Below are positions 28,078 to 37,177 of a stretch of 64,000 nt of DNA, one piece after another; position 1 is the first letter of the stretch; each line of letters opens with the position of its first letter. This DNA comes from Spirochaetales bacterium. GTDB taxonomy: Bacteria; Spirochaetota; Spirochaetia; JABEVK01. The translations under genes and the position numbers were made by a program. Location of the stretch: assembly GCA_037142615.1 (NCBI GenBank), contig JBAXAI010000001.1, forward strand, positions 352,001 to 416,000, written 5' to 3'. The notes below the pieces were generated by a model that searched no databases, was not told where the DNA came from, and saw nothing but the letters and a program-made list of their open reading frames with translations.

Positions 28078-29397
28078 TCAAGGGGTCGCTGTCCACGTTT
28101 TGAGGATGGCAGTCGCTTGAGCCTTGATGTTCACGTCGGGGTCCTTGACAGAAAGGTTTCGGACCACCGGCTCGTATTCCCGAAAATTGCCCGCGGCTAT
28201 GGCCCTGAGAGCCAGAGAGCGGGATGTCACCGAGTCGTTGAGCAGAAGCACTCCAAAGAGCGTTCGGTAAGAATCGCGGGTGGGAAGCAAGGCTCCGGCG
28301 ATCACCGGGGCCAATGCGCCGTTCTTAGCCTTGTTTTCTTCGTCCAACACCTTCTGAAGGGCTTCGCTTACCCCGGACCACTTTTTGTCGATGGCCTGGT
28401 TGAGCGCTTCTCGCCAAACCGAAAAATCCGTCTTTCGGTCCGACAGGAGGGCCAAGACCGGCGTCGCGCCACCATCGTAAGCAGCTAGGGCCCTCAGGCA
28501 GGCGGTACGAACCCGCGCTTCTGGGTCTTTCTTGACCCGGAAGAGAAGAATTTCCTGGAGTTCGGGAATCTTGAGGGTCGCAGCCGCGTCGGCTCCAGCC
28601 AAGCGCACATTGACCTGGGCGTCACGGAGGGCCTTGGTGAGGTCCGTGGCAAGTTCGAAGTGTCCGGGAAACGAGCCAAGAGTGCCGACTGCTGCGGCCC
28701 TCAGGTCGCTGTTGTCGGAATCCAAAGCCGTTTGAACCAAGTTCCAGGCCCGCGCATCCCCAATTTTGCCCAAAGCAGCCAAGATGGTTCCCTGAAGCAG
28801 GGGCTCGTTGTCACTTTCCTCGTATTCTTTGAGAAGCGGGTCTACCGCGTCCCTGGCCTTCATTTCCCCTAGGGCCCAGATGATATCTGGCTTAAAGTTC
28901 ACGTCGGTCTCTGCATCTTTGTAGATCTTGAGTATTTCGCCGACCCGCCCGGTCGCTTCGATCTTTGCCAACGCACGAATGCTAGCCAGAGCCAAAGTCT
29001 TGTTCTTGTCCGTCATCAACTGGACGAAGACCGCTTCCGAGGCTTTCGACTTGATGCCCGTCAGGTAGGAAACCGCGGTCAGAAGAAAGCTGTTGGACTT
29101 CTTCTCTGGTTGGGAAAGCTCCTTGATGGCATCGTTTTCAAGATGATTGTCCTTGAGGTCGAGGAAATAGCCGAGTAGTAGTTCCTTGAGATCCGTGTTT
29201 CTGGCGGAGCGGAAGATCCCTGCCAATTCGTCCAGAAAGTCCCTGTTCTTTTCCTGCTGGAGGGTTCTGACGAGGTCGATAATTTCGGTTTCGATGCCGA
29301 ACTTGAGCGTCTGCAGTCTCTCTTCTTTCGGGGTCAAATCTGTTGCAAAGAGCGGTACCGCCAACAGAACAGCAAGAAGCATCCGACTACGCTTCAT
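28078..29397 (-). CDS. Exported HEAT-repeat protein
   Basis: Signal peptide MKRSRMLLAVLLAVPLFA; HEAT/PBS repeats (IIWALGEM, LAALGKIGD, LRAAAVGTLG, DPEARVRTACLRAL). Confidence 0.85.
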   Translation of the reverse strand: MKRSRMLLAVLLAVPLFATDLTPKEERLQTLKFGIETEIIDLVRTLQQEKNRDFLDELAGIFRSARNTDLKELLLGYFLDLKDNHLENDAIKELSQPEKKSNSFLLTAVSYLTGIKSKASEAVFVQLMTDKNKTLALASIRALAKIEATGRVGEILKIYKDAETDVNFKPDIIWALGEMKARDAVDPLLKEYEESDNEPLLQGTILAALGKIGDARAWNLVQTALDSDNSDLRAAAVGTLGSFPGHFELATDLTKALRDAQVNVRLAGADAAATLKIPELQEILLFRVKKDPEARVRTACLRALAAYDGGATPVLALLSDRKTDFSVWREALNQAIDKKWSGVSEALQKVLDEENKAKNGALAPVIAGALLPTRDSYRTLFGVLLLNDSVTSRSLALRAIAAGNFREYEPVVRNLSVKDPDVNIKAQATAILKTWTATP

Positions 29398-30940
29398 GGG
29401 AAACCTCCGGTGTTTCCAGCCGCGGACGAAAGAGCCGCCACGGCTGGATGCCAACTGCGAGCAGTGACAGAAATACGATTACTAAGGCGGAAAGTCCCTC
29501 GGCGACGAGAAGGCCCGCTGCAGGCCAAGTCAGGCCAGCGACCCACCATTTTCCGGTCGTACCAAGAGCAACAAACCAAGCGAGAGTCACCGGCGTCAAG
29601 GCCAGCGCAACACGCAGCAGGAACCATCCCAACTCACCCAGTCGGCGCCAAGGCAAGGACTTCCAGGCCAAGACCAGCAAAGTCACAGCACCAACCAAGA
29701 AACCCGCGACGCTTCCCGCCGCAAGACCAAGGACGCCCAGCGGGGTCAACATCAAGGTCACTGAAACCAGGACGTCAGTGACGGCCCAGACAATGCTGAC
29801 ACGGAAAGGCGCCCGGAAGTCACCCTTTGCATAAAAGAAACGCTGGAGAAAATTGAAGACTCCAGACAAGAACAAGCCCCACGCCAACCACGAAAGAACG
29901 CGGGCGGCCAGTACGGTATTCTCGTAGGTGAAGGCACCCCGCTGAAGTGCCAAACCGATCAAGGGCTCAGCAAACAGAGAAAGAAGGAGGCCCGCTGGCA
30001 ACAACAGGACCGCCTGGAGTTCGAGGCCCTGGACCATGGTCGCCGATGCGGCATCCCAATCTCGACCTGCCACCTGACGGCTCATCCGAGGGAAGTATAC
30101 GGTGATCACCGAGGCCGACAGCACACCGGCCGGCAACTGCCAGAAGACGATGGCGTTGGCCAGTGACGAGACACTGCCCTCGGGTAAGGTAGTCGCCAGA
30201 GTCATGGATATCTGCTGGTTCAGCAAAGAGATCCCGCTAATCATAAGTGCAGGACCCCATTTACGCAGGGTTTCTCGCATTTCCGGGATCCAGAAACGAA
30301 GCAGGGGTTTCGCAGAGTAACCAAGCCGCCGCAGGGGAAACCACTGAAGCAATACCGGAAGCAGTCCTCCAACAAGCACACCCGGAATCTGGGCATAGAC
30401 ATCCATCGTCGGCGCCCAGAGCAGGAGCGAGGCGATGACGGCAACCGAGAAGAGGATGGGACTGATTGCCGGAATCGCGAACTTCTGGTGAGTGTTTTCA
30501 ACACCCATCATCACCGCGCTCCAACTGACGGGAATGAGAAACACAATGAACCAACGGAACAGATCGATGGCGAGCGCCTGCTTTTCGGATACTCCGCCAA
30601 AGGGCGCCAGCACGGCAATTACCGCAGGAGCAAAAACGATACCGGCGACCACCAGCGGAAGCAGCACAACCAACTGGAGCATGAACAACGCCCGGACCAG
30701 CAGCCGTGCACGCGCCCCGGAAGCGTCAGCCTCAAGACTCCTGGAAAGAACCGGAATGAACGCTGTTGATAAAGCCCCTTCGGCGACCAGTTTTCGCAGG
30801 TTCATGGGGATGGTAAAGACAGCGTTCAGCACATCCGCCTTCCACCCCTGACCAAAGAAGGCACTGACCACAGCGCTTCTGGCAAAGCCAAGCAATCGGC
30901 TGGCAAAGGTGGCAACTCCGACAATGGCCGTATCAGACAC
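29387..30940 (-). CDS. murJ: Lipid II flippase MurJ (MviN)
   Basis: SRLLGFAR, F.IP..LRKLVAEGALSTAFIP, FPRMSR and RGAF; probable GTG start overlapping the tgt stop. Confidence 0.94.
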   Translation of the reverse strand: MSDTAIVGVATFASRLLGFARSAVVSAFFGQGWKADVLNAVFTIPMNLRKLVAEGALSTAFIPVLSRSLEADASGARARLLVRALFMLQLVVLLPLVVAGIVFAPAVIAVLAPFGGVSEKQALAIDLFRWFIVFLIPVSWSAVMMGVENTHQKFAIPAISPILFSVAVIASLLLWAPTMDVYAQIPGVLVGGLLPVLLQWFPLRRLGYSAKPLLRFWIPEMRETLRKWGPALMISGISLLNQQISMTLATTLPEGSVSSLANAIVFWQLPAGVLSASVITVYFPRMSRQVAGRDWDAASATMVQGLELQAVLLLPAGLLLSLFAEPLIGLALQRGAFTYENTVLAARVLSWLAWGLFLSGVFNFLQRFFYAKGDFRAPFRVSIVWAVTDVLVSVTLMLTPLGVLGLAAGSVAGFLVGAVTLLVLAWKSLPWRRLGELGWFLLRVALALTPVTLAWFVALGTTGKWWVAGLTWPAAGLLVAEGLSALVIVFLSLLAVGIQPWRLFRPRLETPEVSHEA

Positions 30941-32060
30941 GGGCGGCCTTCCTGCCAAAACGGTCAAGAAACTGAACTTGAAAGGCCAAAAAACGGTCTT
31001 CTCGAATTGCCGCCCGGATTTGCCCCAAGAAGTCATGGAGAAACTGAAGATTGTGTTCCGTGGCCAACATGGGTCCGAACATCTCATTGCACTTGAACAT
31101 CTGTCGCAAATAGGCCCTGGAATAGCGCTGGCAGGCGCTACAGGGACAGTCCGTTTGAATCGGGGAAAAATCTTTCTCGAACCGGGCCTTCTTCAGGTCG
31201 ATGACTCCGTCCGGGGTGAACACTGAACCGTTTCGTGCGATTCGGGTGGGGTACACGCAGTCGAAAAGGTCAATACCATGCTCAACGGCCTTCAGAATGT
31301 AGTCGGGTGTCCCGATGCCCATCACATAGCGAGGCTTTTCGATAGGCAATAAGGGAGAAAGGACGGCGAGCATGGCCTCATAGACCCCAAACTCCTCGCC
31401 GACCGAAAGGCCACCGATTGCCAGGCCCGGAGTGTCCAGTTCGAGGATCTCGTGGGCACTTTGCCTCCTGAGATCGTCAAAGAACTGACCCTGGATGATT
31501 CCGAACAGGCGGCCATCGTACGATTGTGCCCTTTGCTTCCAGCGCTCGACGCTTTTGCGCGCCCAACGCGTGGTGGTTTTCAAGGCCTCTTCGGCCTGAC
31601 GTCGGGTCGATTCGGGCCCGGTGCAAACATCGAGCGGCATCAAGATGTCGCTGCCGAACCCTTCTTGGAGTTCCACGACTGCTTCGGGAGTCAAGACATG
31701 GTAGCTGCCATCGATGTGGGAACGAAACTTCACTCCGTCCTCGAGGATCTTTCGGAACGGTGCGAGCGAAAAAACCTGGTAGCCGCCAGAGTCGGTCAGG
31801 ATGTTGTGCCCCCACCCGCTGAACCGATGCAACCCGCCGGCCGCGCGAATCACGTCGATACCGGGCCTCAAATAGAGATGATAGGTATTGGCAAGGATCA
31901 GCCGGGTTCCCATGGCCTCAACCTTGGCATGCTCTATGGCCTTTACGCTGGCGTTTGTACCTACCGGCATGAAAGAAGGAAGCTCAACGGTTCCATGAGG
32001 AAGTAGCATCGTCCCGGTGCGGGCGCGCGTTGTGGCATCTTGGTGGTCGATCGCAATCAT
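30933..32060 (-). CDS. tgt: tRNA-guanine transglycosylase (preQ1-type)
   Basis: FMPVGT, ANTYHL, LTDSGGYQ, GGLSVGE, RYVMGIG, DLFDCV.PTR and the Zn site CPC..C/HN. Confidence 0.97.
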   Translation of the reverse strand: MIAIDHQDATTRARTGTMLLPHGTVELPSFMPVGTNASVKAIEHAKVEAMGTRLILANTYHLYLRPGIDVIRAAGGLHRFSGWGHNILTDSGGYQVFSLAPFRKILEDGVKFRSHIDGSYHVLTPEAVVELQEGFGSDILMPLDVCTGPESTRRQAEEALKTTTRWARKSVERWKQRAQSYDGRLFGIIQGQFFDDLRRQSAHEILELDTPGLAIGGLSVGEEFGVYEAMLAVLSPLLPIEKPRYVMGIGTPDYILKAVEHGIDLFDCVYPTRIARNGSVFTPDGVIDLKKARFEKDFSPIQTDCPCSACQRYSRAYLRQMFKCNEMFGPMLATEHNLQFLHDFLGQIRAAIREDRFLAFQVQFLDRFGRKAARV

Positions 32061-32068
32061 GGAAGCTC

Positions 32069-33142
32069 CTAAGTCCGGGCCCGCAGGAACAGAATCGCCC
32101 CCACAAAAGCACCTGCCATCACACCGATCGAAGCACCGGCCCAAGGCGGAAGGAAGCCCGTTTTTGCCAGCAATCCGGCGACCATCTGCAGGACAATGAA
32201 TCCGGCGGAAACCAGCAAGCTGGTCAGCAGGCTCATGAGCAGAATGTTCTTGCGGAACCGGCCACCGACAGCAGCCGAGATCCAGATTACCACAAAGGGT
32301 GAGAAAGAAAAACTGATGCGTTGAAGGGTATCAGTTTCGGCGTCTTGCGAGGGCAATCCCCCCGCCTTCAACGTCGCCACGTAGGTTCTTGCCTGGTCGA
32401 AGGTTAGCTCGTTGACCGCAACGGTCTTGCGCTGAAATCGTTGCGGTGGATCGTTCAGTGTGGGGTCCGACCAAGTTTCCTCATATTTGTAGCCGATCTG
32501 GCCGGATACATCCCTGGTATAGAACTTCACCTTGTGAAACAACCAGCTTTGCCCCTTCCAGTCGGCCCACTCGGCGTCAATTCTTTGCGAAAAGACGCTA
32601 TCCTCGGATTTGAACACCAAAATGACACCGGTTAGCGTCTTCGAAGGATCGTTGTAGGTCGCAGCCGTGTAAACCATGGTGCCCTTGCGGGACAGCAGGG
32701 CCACGTTTGTGCTGCTGAGGCTCGACTGGCCATTGAGTGTGCGAGTGAGCTCAGCGCGAGTCTTCTCGGTTGGGATAACCCCCCGGTCGTTCCAAAAGAA
32801 AAGCAGCAGACTCGCCAAGGCACCCACGAAAAACAGCGGAAACACAAAACGCCGCAAGGACACACCCGAGCCCAGGATCACCACCAGTTCGTTGTGCCCA
32901 TACAAGGTGCCCAAAACAAAAGAGACCGAGAACAAGAGGGCTGGCGATAGGGCCCAAGAGAGCGCCTGGGGAACGTAGAGCGCTGAAAGTGACAGGATCT
33001 GGAGGAACGGGACCCCGGCAGGCATCAGGCGCGAGACGTTCATCAGCAGGTCGGTCAACACCAAACTCAGGACAAAAAAGACAAGGGCAACCGCCAGCAT
33101 GAGCAGAAATTGTGAAAGGAGGTAGCGGCCAAGAATCCTCAT
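32069..33142 (-). CDS. LptF/LptG family permease (LptG-like)
   Basis: MRILGRYL start, NELVVILGSGVSL.R, periplasmic beta-jellyroll and three C-terminal TMs; ATGA overlap with the upstream paralogue. Confidence 0.88.
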   Translation of the reverse strand: MRILGRYLLSQFLLMLAVALVFFVLSLVLTDLLMNVSRLMPAGVPFLQILSLSALYVPQALSWALSPALLFSVSFVLGTLYGHNELVVILGSGVSLRRFVFPLFFVGALASLLLFFWNDRGVIPTEKTRAELTRTLNGQSSLSSTNVALLSRKGTMVYTAATYNDPSKTLTGVILVFKSEDSVFSQRIDAEWADWKGQSWLFHKVKFYTRDVSGQIGYKYEETWSDPTLNDPPQRFQRKTVAVNELTFDQARTYVATLKAGGLPSQDAETDTLQRISFSFSPFVVIWISAAVGGRFRKNILLMSLLTSLLVSAGFIVLQMVAGLLAKTGFLPPWAGASIGVMAGAFVGAILFLRART

Positions 33143-34389
33143 CGGCGCATCCGGACAAAGACGGGTATCGAGAGAACCAGGATGAGGATATTCGGGAGGA
33201 ACATCGCGATCTCGGGGGTCCAGCGCCATTCCATGCTGAGGGTGCGCGCACCGAGAAGACTTCCCCAATACAGCACGGCTGTCAGCAATCCAATGCCGAT
33301 GATCCCGGTCATGCCACGCCGATTCTGCAGTACGGCCAGGGGAAAGGCCAAGAAAACAAAACAGATGCAGGCCAAAGGAATGGAGTACTTCTGATAAAGT
33401 TCGGTCTTCCAACTTTGGAGCTGACGGTCGGTCGGGTCGCGCCGGTCGAGCTCGGTCAGGCGGCTTGCCAGGTCAACCAAGGTTTGTCGGAGAGCTTCGT
33501 CCGTGCCCAACGAGTTCCAATACCCTGCCGTCAGACGGTTCCTGAGAACTTCACGGCCGCGCGCAAGTTCGTCCAGCTGCGCTTGAAAGTCTTTCTCCTT
33601 GAGTTGAATCTGGCGCGAAAGCTCGTACGAGGGCATTTCGCGCGGCCCCAGTGACTGGATCGAGGGGGCAAGATCCTTGAGGACGATGTTGTATTCCAAG
33701 GTTTTTGCACGGAAGGAGTCATACACGCCCGTCCGGCGGCTATCGGGTGTAACCCCTGTAACGTCTTCCAGGTGCAAAGTGATGACTCCCGGAAGTGCCG
33801 GATTCTCGGTCAAGCGGGCCGTCTTGGCGGTCAGAAGTCGGCTGTCATCCCGGGAGGTCTTGTCAAGCACGCTGACGCCTCGGAAGGTCTTGCCATCGAC
33901 GGCTCCCGTTACGATGAGCAGATTCTTATAGAACTTAACACTGTAGGCTCCCAGTTCCAGCTCTGGCGTCGAAAGAAGAAGATTCCGATAGACCTTGCCA
34001 AAGTTCACCGTGCCGGCGGGGAGTAGAACATCGTTGGCAAAGAATGACCCGGCAGCGAACAAACCTCCGAGCAGGAGGGCAGGAAGAAACAGCGTCCGGT
34101 GGGGAATCCCGCTCGCCTGAGAAGCGAGGATTTCCCGGTCACCTGCGAGCCGGCCGATTGACAGCAGGATGCCCAGCAAGGAAGCAAACGGGGCCGTCAG
34201 TGCCAAGATGGCTGGTAACGAGTACGTCAGCAGGAGAAGGACTTCTTCGGCCGGTGCCTTTCTTTTGAGAAGTTCCTCAGCCAAGAGCAGGATCTGGTTC
34301 AAGAAGAAAATGAAGAAGAAGAAGAGAAAACTGACGGCGAAAGCCAGCAGGATTTCCCTAGCGATATACCATCGGATCGTCATCTTCAC
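33139..34389 (-). CDS. LptF/LptG family permease (LptF-like)
   Basis: YIAREIL, GRL..DREILA..ASGI, E..QKYSIP.AC..F..LA.PL and MFLPN. Confidence 0.9.
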   Translation of the reverse strand: MKMTIRWYIAREILLAFAVSFLFFFFIFFLNQILLLAEELLKRKAPAEEVLLLLTYSLPAILALTAPFASLLGILLSIGRLAGDREILASQASGIPHRTLFLPALLLGGLFAAGSFFANDVLLPAGTVNFGKVYRNLLLSTPELELGAYSVKFYKNLLIVTGAVDGKTFRGVSVLDKTSRDDSRLLTAKTARLTENPALPGVITLHLEDVTGVTPDSRRTGVYDSFRAKTLEYNIVLKDLAPSIQSLGPREMPSYELSRQIQLKEKDFQAQLDELARGREVLRNRLTAGYWNSLGTDEALRQTLVDLASRLTELDRRDPTDRQLQSWKTELYQKYSIPLACICFVFLAFPLAVLQNRRGMTGIIGIGLLTAVLYWGSLLGARTLSMEWRWTPEIAMFLPNILILVLSIPVFVRMRR

Positions 34390-35905
34390 TCCAAACTCCT
34401 ACACTTTGCCCTGTTGTTCCCCAGTACAGCCTGCCAGCTCGGCTGACCAGTGCCGAAATCCCCGCATCCGGAATGCCATCGGCGATCCCCAGATGTTGCA
34501 AAGGAAACCGTTGGCCATGCCAGAGTCCTTCATCCAAAGTTCCCCACCACGGATCGGTGCCGTTCCAGTCGATTGCAGTGACGAACTCCCGACCGCCGGA
34601 AACCAAGTTCCAACCCCGACCATCGAACAGCCAGAGTCCCTGGCCCCACGAACCCACCGCCCACAACGACGTGCGTTTGCCATCGCCGGGTGCGAGCATG
34701 GCGCTCACGTTGGTGGGCCCACCGGAGACTGGCGACCAGAGGTCCTTCTGCCAGTGCCAAAGTCCGTTGTCTCTGGAACCCACCCAAAGGCCGCCCTGAC
34801 CATCGGACACCACCGCATTGACAAACTGCGGCGCGTTGGAGCCAACGACTGCCTGCCATTGACCAGCGGTCCAAGACCAGAGCCCCTGCCCCAGGTGCGC
34901 GACCCAGAACTTCTCATCCTCTTCGACCCAAACATCTTGGATACGAAGTCCAGGCCAGTCGGGCGGGTACGGAAACTCCTTCCAGCCCAAAGTCACCTTA
35001 CTGTAGCGCGAGAATGACTTCTCTTTAAAGACGTAAACGAAAAATCGGCTGACCCTGACAAGCCTAACCGGGGCGATCTGTGACTTTGGCTTGTCGAGAA
35101 CCAGCCATTCGCCTGTCGCCAACGACCTTCGGACGAGGCCGCCGTTCCACGTTCCAAGCCACAGATCGTCTTGGTCGAGCGCCAAGGTTGAGACAAAAGG
35201 ATCAACGCCCTGTGGACGGAGGTCGATCTGCCCGAGAAACAACGATTGCCGCAACAATGCGGCTCGCGACTGATCACCTTGCAAAGGGAGATACACCGGC
35301 CTCAATTGCCGCCAGGCTTCCTTCGCTTCAACCGCGTTTTTTTGGATCATGGCGAGATCCCAGATCTCATCGAGAGCAAGGAAGTCACACTTTACCAGAA
35401 TCTGGGCACGAGCACGCCAAAACCGCGCGCTGTCCCACAGTCCTGAGTCCGTGTGGGCCCGTTCCAAGTAGAAGGCGGCCCAGAACTTTTCCAGGGCATC
35501 AGTCGACTGCTCGTAACGGGCTTGCAGGGGAAAGATCCGCCGGGATAACGGCAGGTCGGCGCGGAACAGCGCCCTCCAAAAATCTCTTTCCGTCGTCCAA
35601 AAATGGCCGCTGACTCCAGTCCGTTCAGGCCAGCCAGGTACAGTGACCCAACCAAACGACAACCCCTCGGGATCGAAGGCAGGGGGGATCCACGCTTGAG
35701 TCACCGGCGCCCGCAAGACCAAGGCCGGCGGCGACTCATGGGGAGGCGGCGCTTTCTCGGCGACGATAGCCTCAGGCACCGTCTCCGGGGGGGGCGCTTC
35801 CACCTCTGGCAGACGTGGAAGCACCGGTGGCAAAGAAGGCTGAGGAGTCGTGCATGCGGCGAGCAGGCCCGCAGCCAGAATCCAAACCCGGATCAGCGGC
35901 GCCAA
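34358..35905 (-). CDS. Putative lipoprotein with Pro-rich linker and C-terminal beta-propeller
   Basis: Lipobox LLAA-C, Pro-rich tether, then repeated LW.GT..GL blades. Probable TTG start at 35905; the ORF is open to 35965. Confidence 0.72.
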   Translation of the reverse strand: MAPLIRVWILAAGLLAACTTPQPSLPPVLPRLPEVEAPPPETVPEAIVAEKAPPPHESPPALVLRAPVTQAWIPPAFDPEGLSFGWVTVPGWPERTGVSGHFWTTERDFWRALFRADLPLSRRIFPLQARYEQSTDALEKFWAAFYLERAHTDSGLWDSARFWRARAQILVKCDFLALDEIWDLAMIQKNAVEAKEAWRQLRPVYLPLQGDQSRAALLRQSLFLGQIDLRPQGVDPFVSTLALDQDDLWLGTWNGGLVRRSLATGEWLVLDKPKSQIAPVRLVRVSRFFVYVFKEKSFSRYSKVTLGWKEFPYPPDWPGLRIQDVWVEEDEKFWVAHLGQGLWSWTAGQWQAVVGSNAPQFVNAVVSDGQGGLWVGSRDNGLWHWQKDLWSPVSGGPTNVSAMLAPGDGKRTSLWAVGSWGQGLWLFDGRGWNLVSGGREFVTAIDWNGTDPWWGTLDEGLWHGQRFPLQHLGIADGIPDAGISALVSRAGRLYWGTTGQSVGVWSEDDDPMVYR

Positions 35906-37164
35906 AATGTTTCCAGGGCTTTCGACGAACGAAGCCGAGTCTTCCCCCAGATTTCGAGGCTGCAAGGGCCACGAACCATGTCTAGGACTCGAGAATGCTC
36001 CTCTCGCGTCACAGGAACTTCGAGGTTTACCAGCAGCGTATCGAGCGATTCACGCACGTCAAAGGAACGATGAAAGTGCCACAGTCGCCCTACCCGGTTC
36101 TCCATCTTCTCTGAACCGAGAATCAGCCCACCAAGTAAAGCCAGACGCGCGTCTTCCCATTCCGTCTCGGTTGGCGGTTCAGTCTGCAGCCTCAGGATCT
36201 CCTCCCTGAGGACCTCTGCAATCGCGCGGCCGTGTTCGGGTGCAGCGGTGGCGAAAAACTGAAGGCCCCACTCCGTTTCGGTGTCGAAAACTTGCGACGT
36301 GACGCTGTAACAAAGGCCACGAGACTCACGGAGACTTTGAAAAAGCCGGGAACTCATGGTCTCGCCCCAAAGCATCGAAAAAAACTGCCAAACCGTCGCC
36401 TCCCGTACGGTAGAAGGCTTTCCGAAATGCCAACCGCCCAAGACTTGCACCATCTGAAAGTCTGCGGGTACCACCCGGCAGACGGGCGCTGTCCTGAAGG
36501 ACGCGAGATGGAAGTTTGTCGCAGTCCCCAGTGCAACTCCGCCCAGGTGAAACCCCAAGTCGTTTGACAGGCTAACCTCATCCAGATTTCCGCAGGCGAC
36601 GACGGTGAGCGAAGGAAGCACGAGGTGCGCCGAGTGCCACGAGCGAACGTCCCCGGCGGTCAGTAGCGCAAGACTCTTCTCGGTGCCTGCGACGGGGCGA
36701 GACCAGTCCCCGCGCGAAAGCAGGCTTAGAAAGGACTCGTAAGCCATCTCCTCAGGATCTTCCAGAGTTGCCAGAATTTCGTTTCGGATCACCTCTCGCT
36801 CGCGTTCAAGTTCCTCCACTGGAAAGTTCGGGTGAAAGCAGAGCTGAACAAGCACCTCGACGGCCGTTCGCCAGTGTTCGGCGGGCACGGTGCAGGTGAA
36901 AGCAATTTCTTCGCGATCAGTCCAGGCATTCAGATCACCACCGACCCTGTCGACTTTTCTGGCCAAGTCCGACGCTGAATACGCAAGAGTCCCCTTGAAG
37001 ACCATGTGCTCCACAAGGTGTGCCAACCCGGCCTTGCCGGGAGGATCGGTACGCGACCCCGAGGGAAAAAAAAATCCCAGGGAAAACGCCTTGCTGGACA
37101 AGACTTTTTCCCACAGGATTCGTGAACCGCAGGGCAGCGCGCCGGATCCGAAGAGATCCGCCAT
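35893..37164 (-). CDS. M16 family (pitrilysin-like) zinc metallopeptidase
   Basis: GSR.D, GLAHLVEHMVFKGT (HxxEH), LNAWT, E.ER.VI.NE and MSSRLFQ.LRE.RGLCY. Confidence 0.93.
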   Translation of the reverse strand: MADLFGSGALPCGSRILWEKVLSSKAFSLGFFFPSGSRTDPPGKAGLAHLVEHMVFKGTLAYSASDLARKVDRVGGDLNAWTDREEIAFTCTVPAEHWRTAVEVLVQLCFHPNFPVEELEREREVIRNEILATLEDPEEMAYESFLSLLSRGDWSRPVAGTEKSLALLTAGDVRSWHSAHLVLPSLTVVACGNLDEVSLSNDLGFHLGGVALGTATNFHLASFRTAPVCRVVPADFQMVQVLGGWHFGKPSTVREATVWQFFSMLWGETMSSRLFQSLRESRGLCYSVTSQVFDTETEWGLQFFATAAPEHGRAIAEVLREEILRLQTEPPTETEWEDARLALLGGLILGSEKMENRVGRLWHFHRSFDVRESLDTLLVNLEVPVTREEHSRVLDMVRGPCSLEIWGKTRLRSSKALETFWRR

Positions 37165-37177
37165 GCTGATTCCTTTT

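Noticed and set aside
37066-37074. A9 tract in the M16 peptidase gene (also G8 at 35787-35794) as phase-variation sites
   Set aside because: Short, both frames are intact, and they are explained by Phe-Phe-Phe and Pro-Pro-Pro codons; no evidence of slippage.
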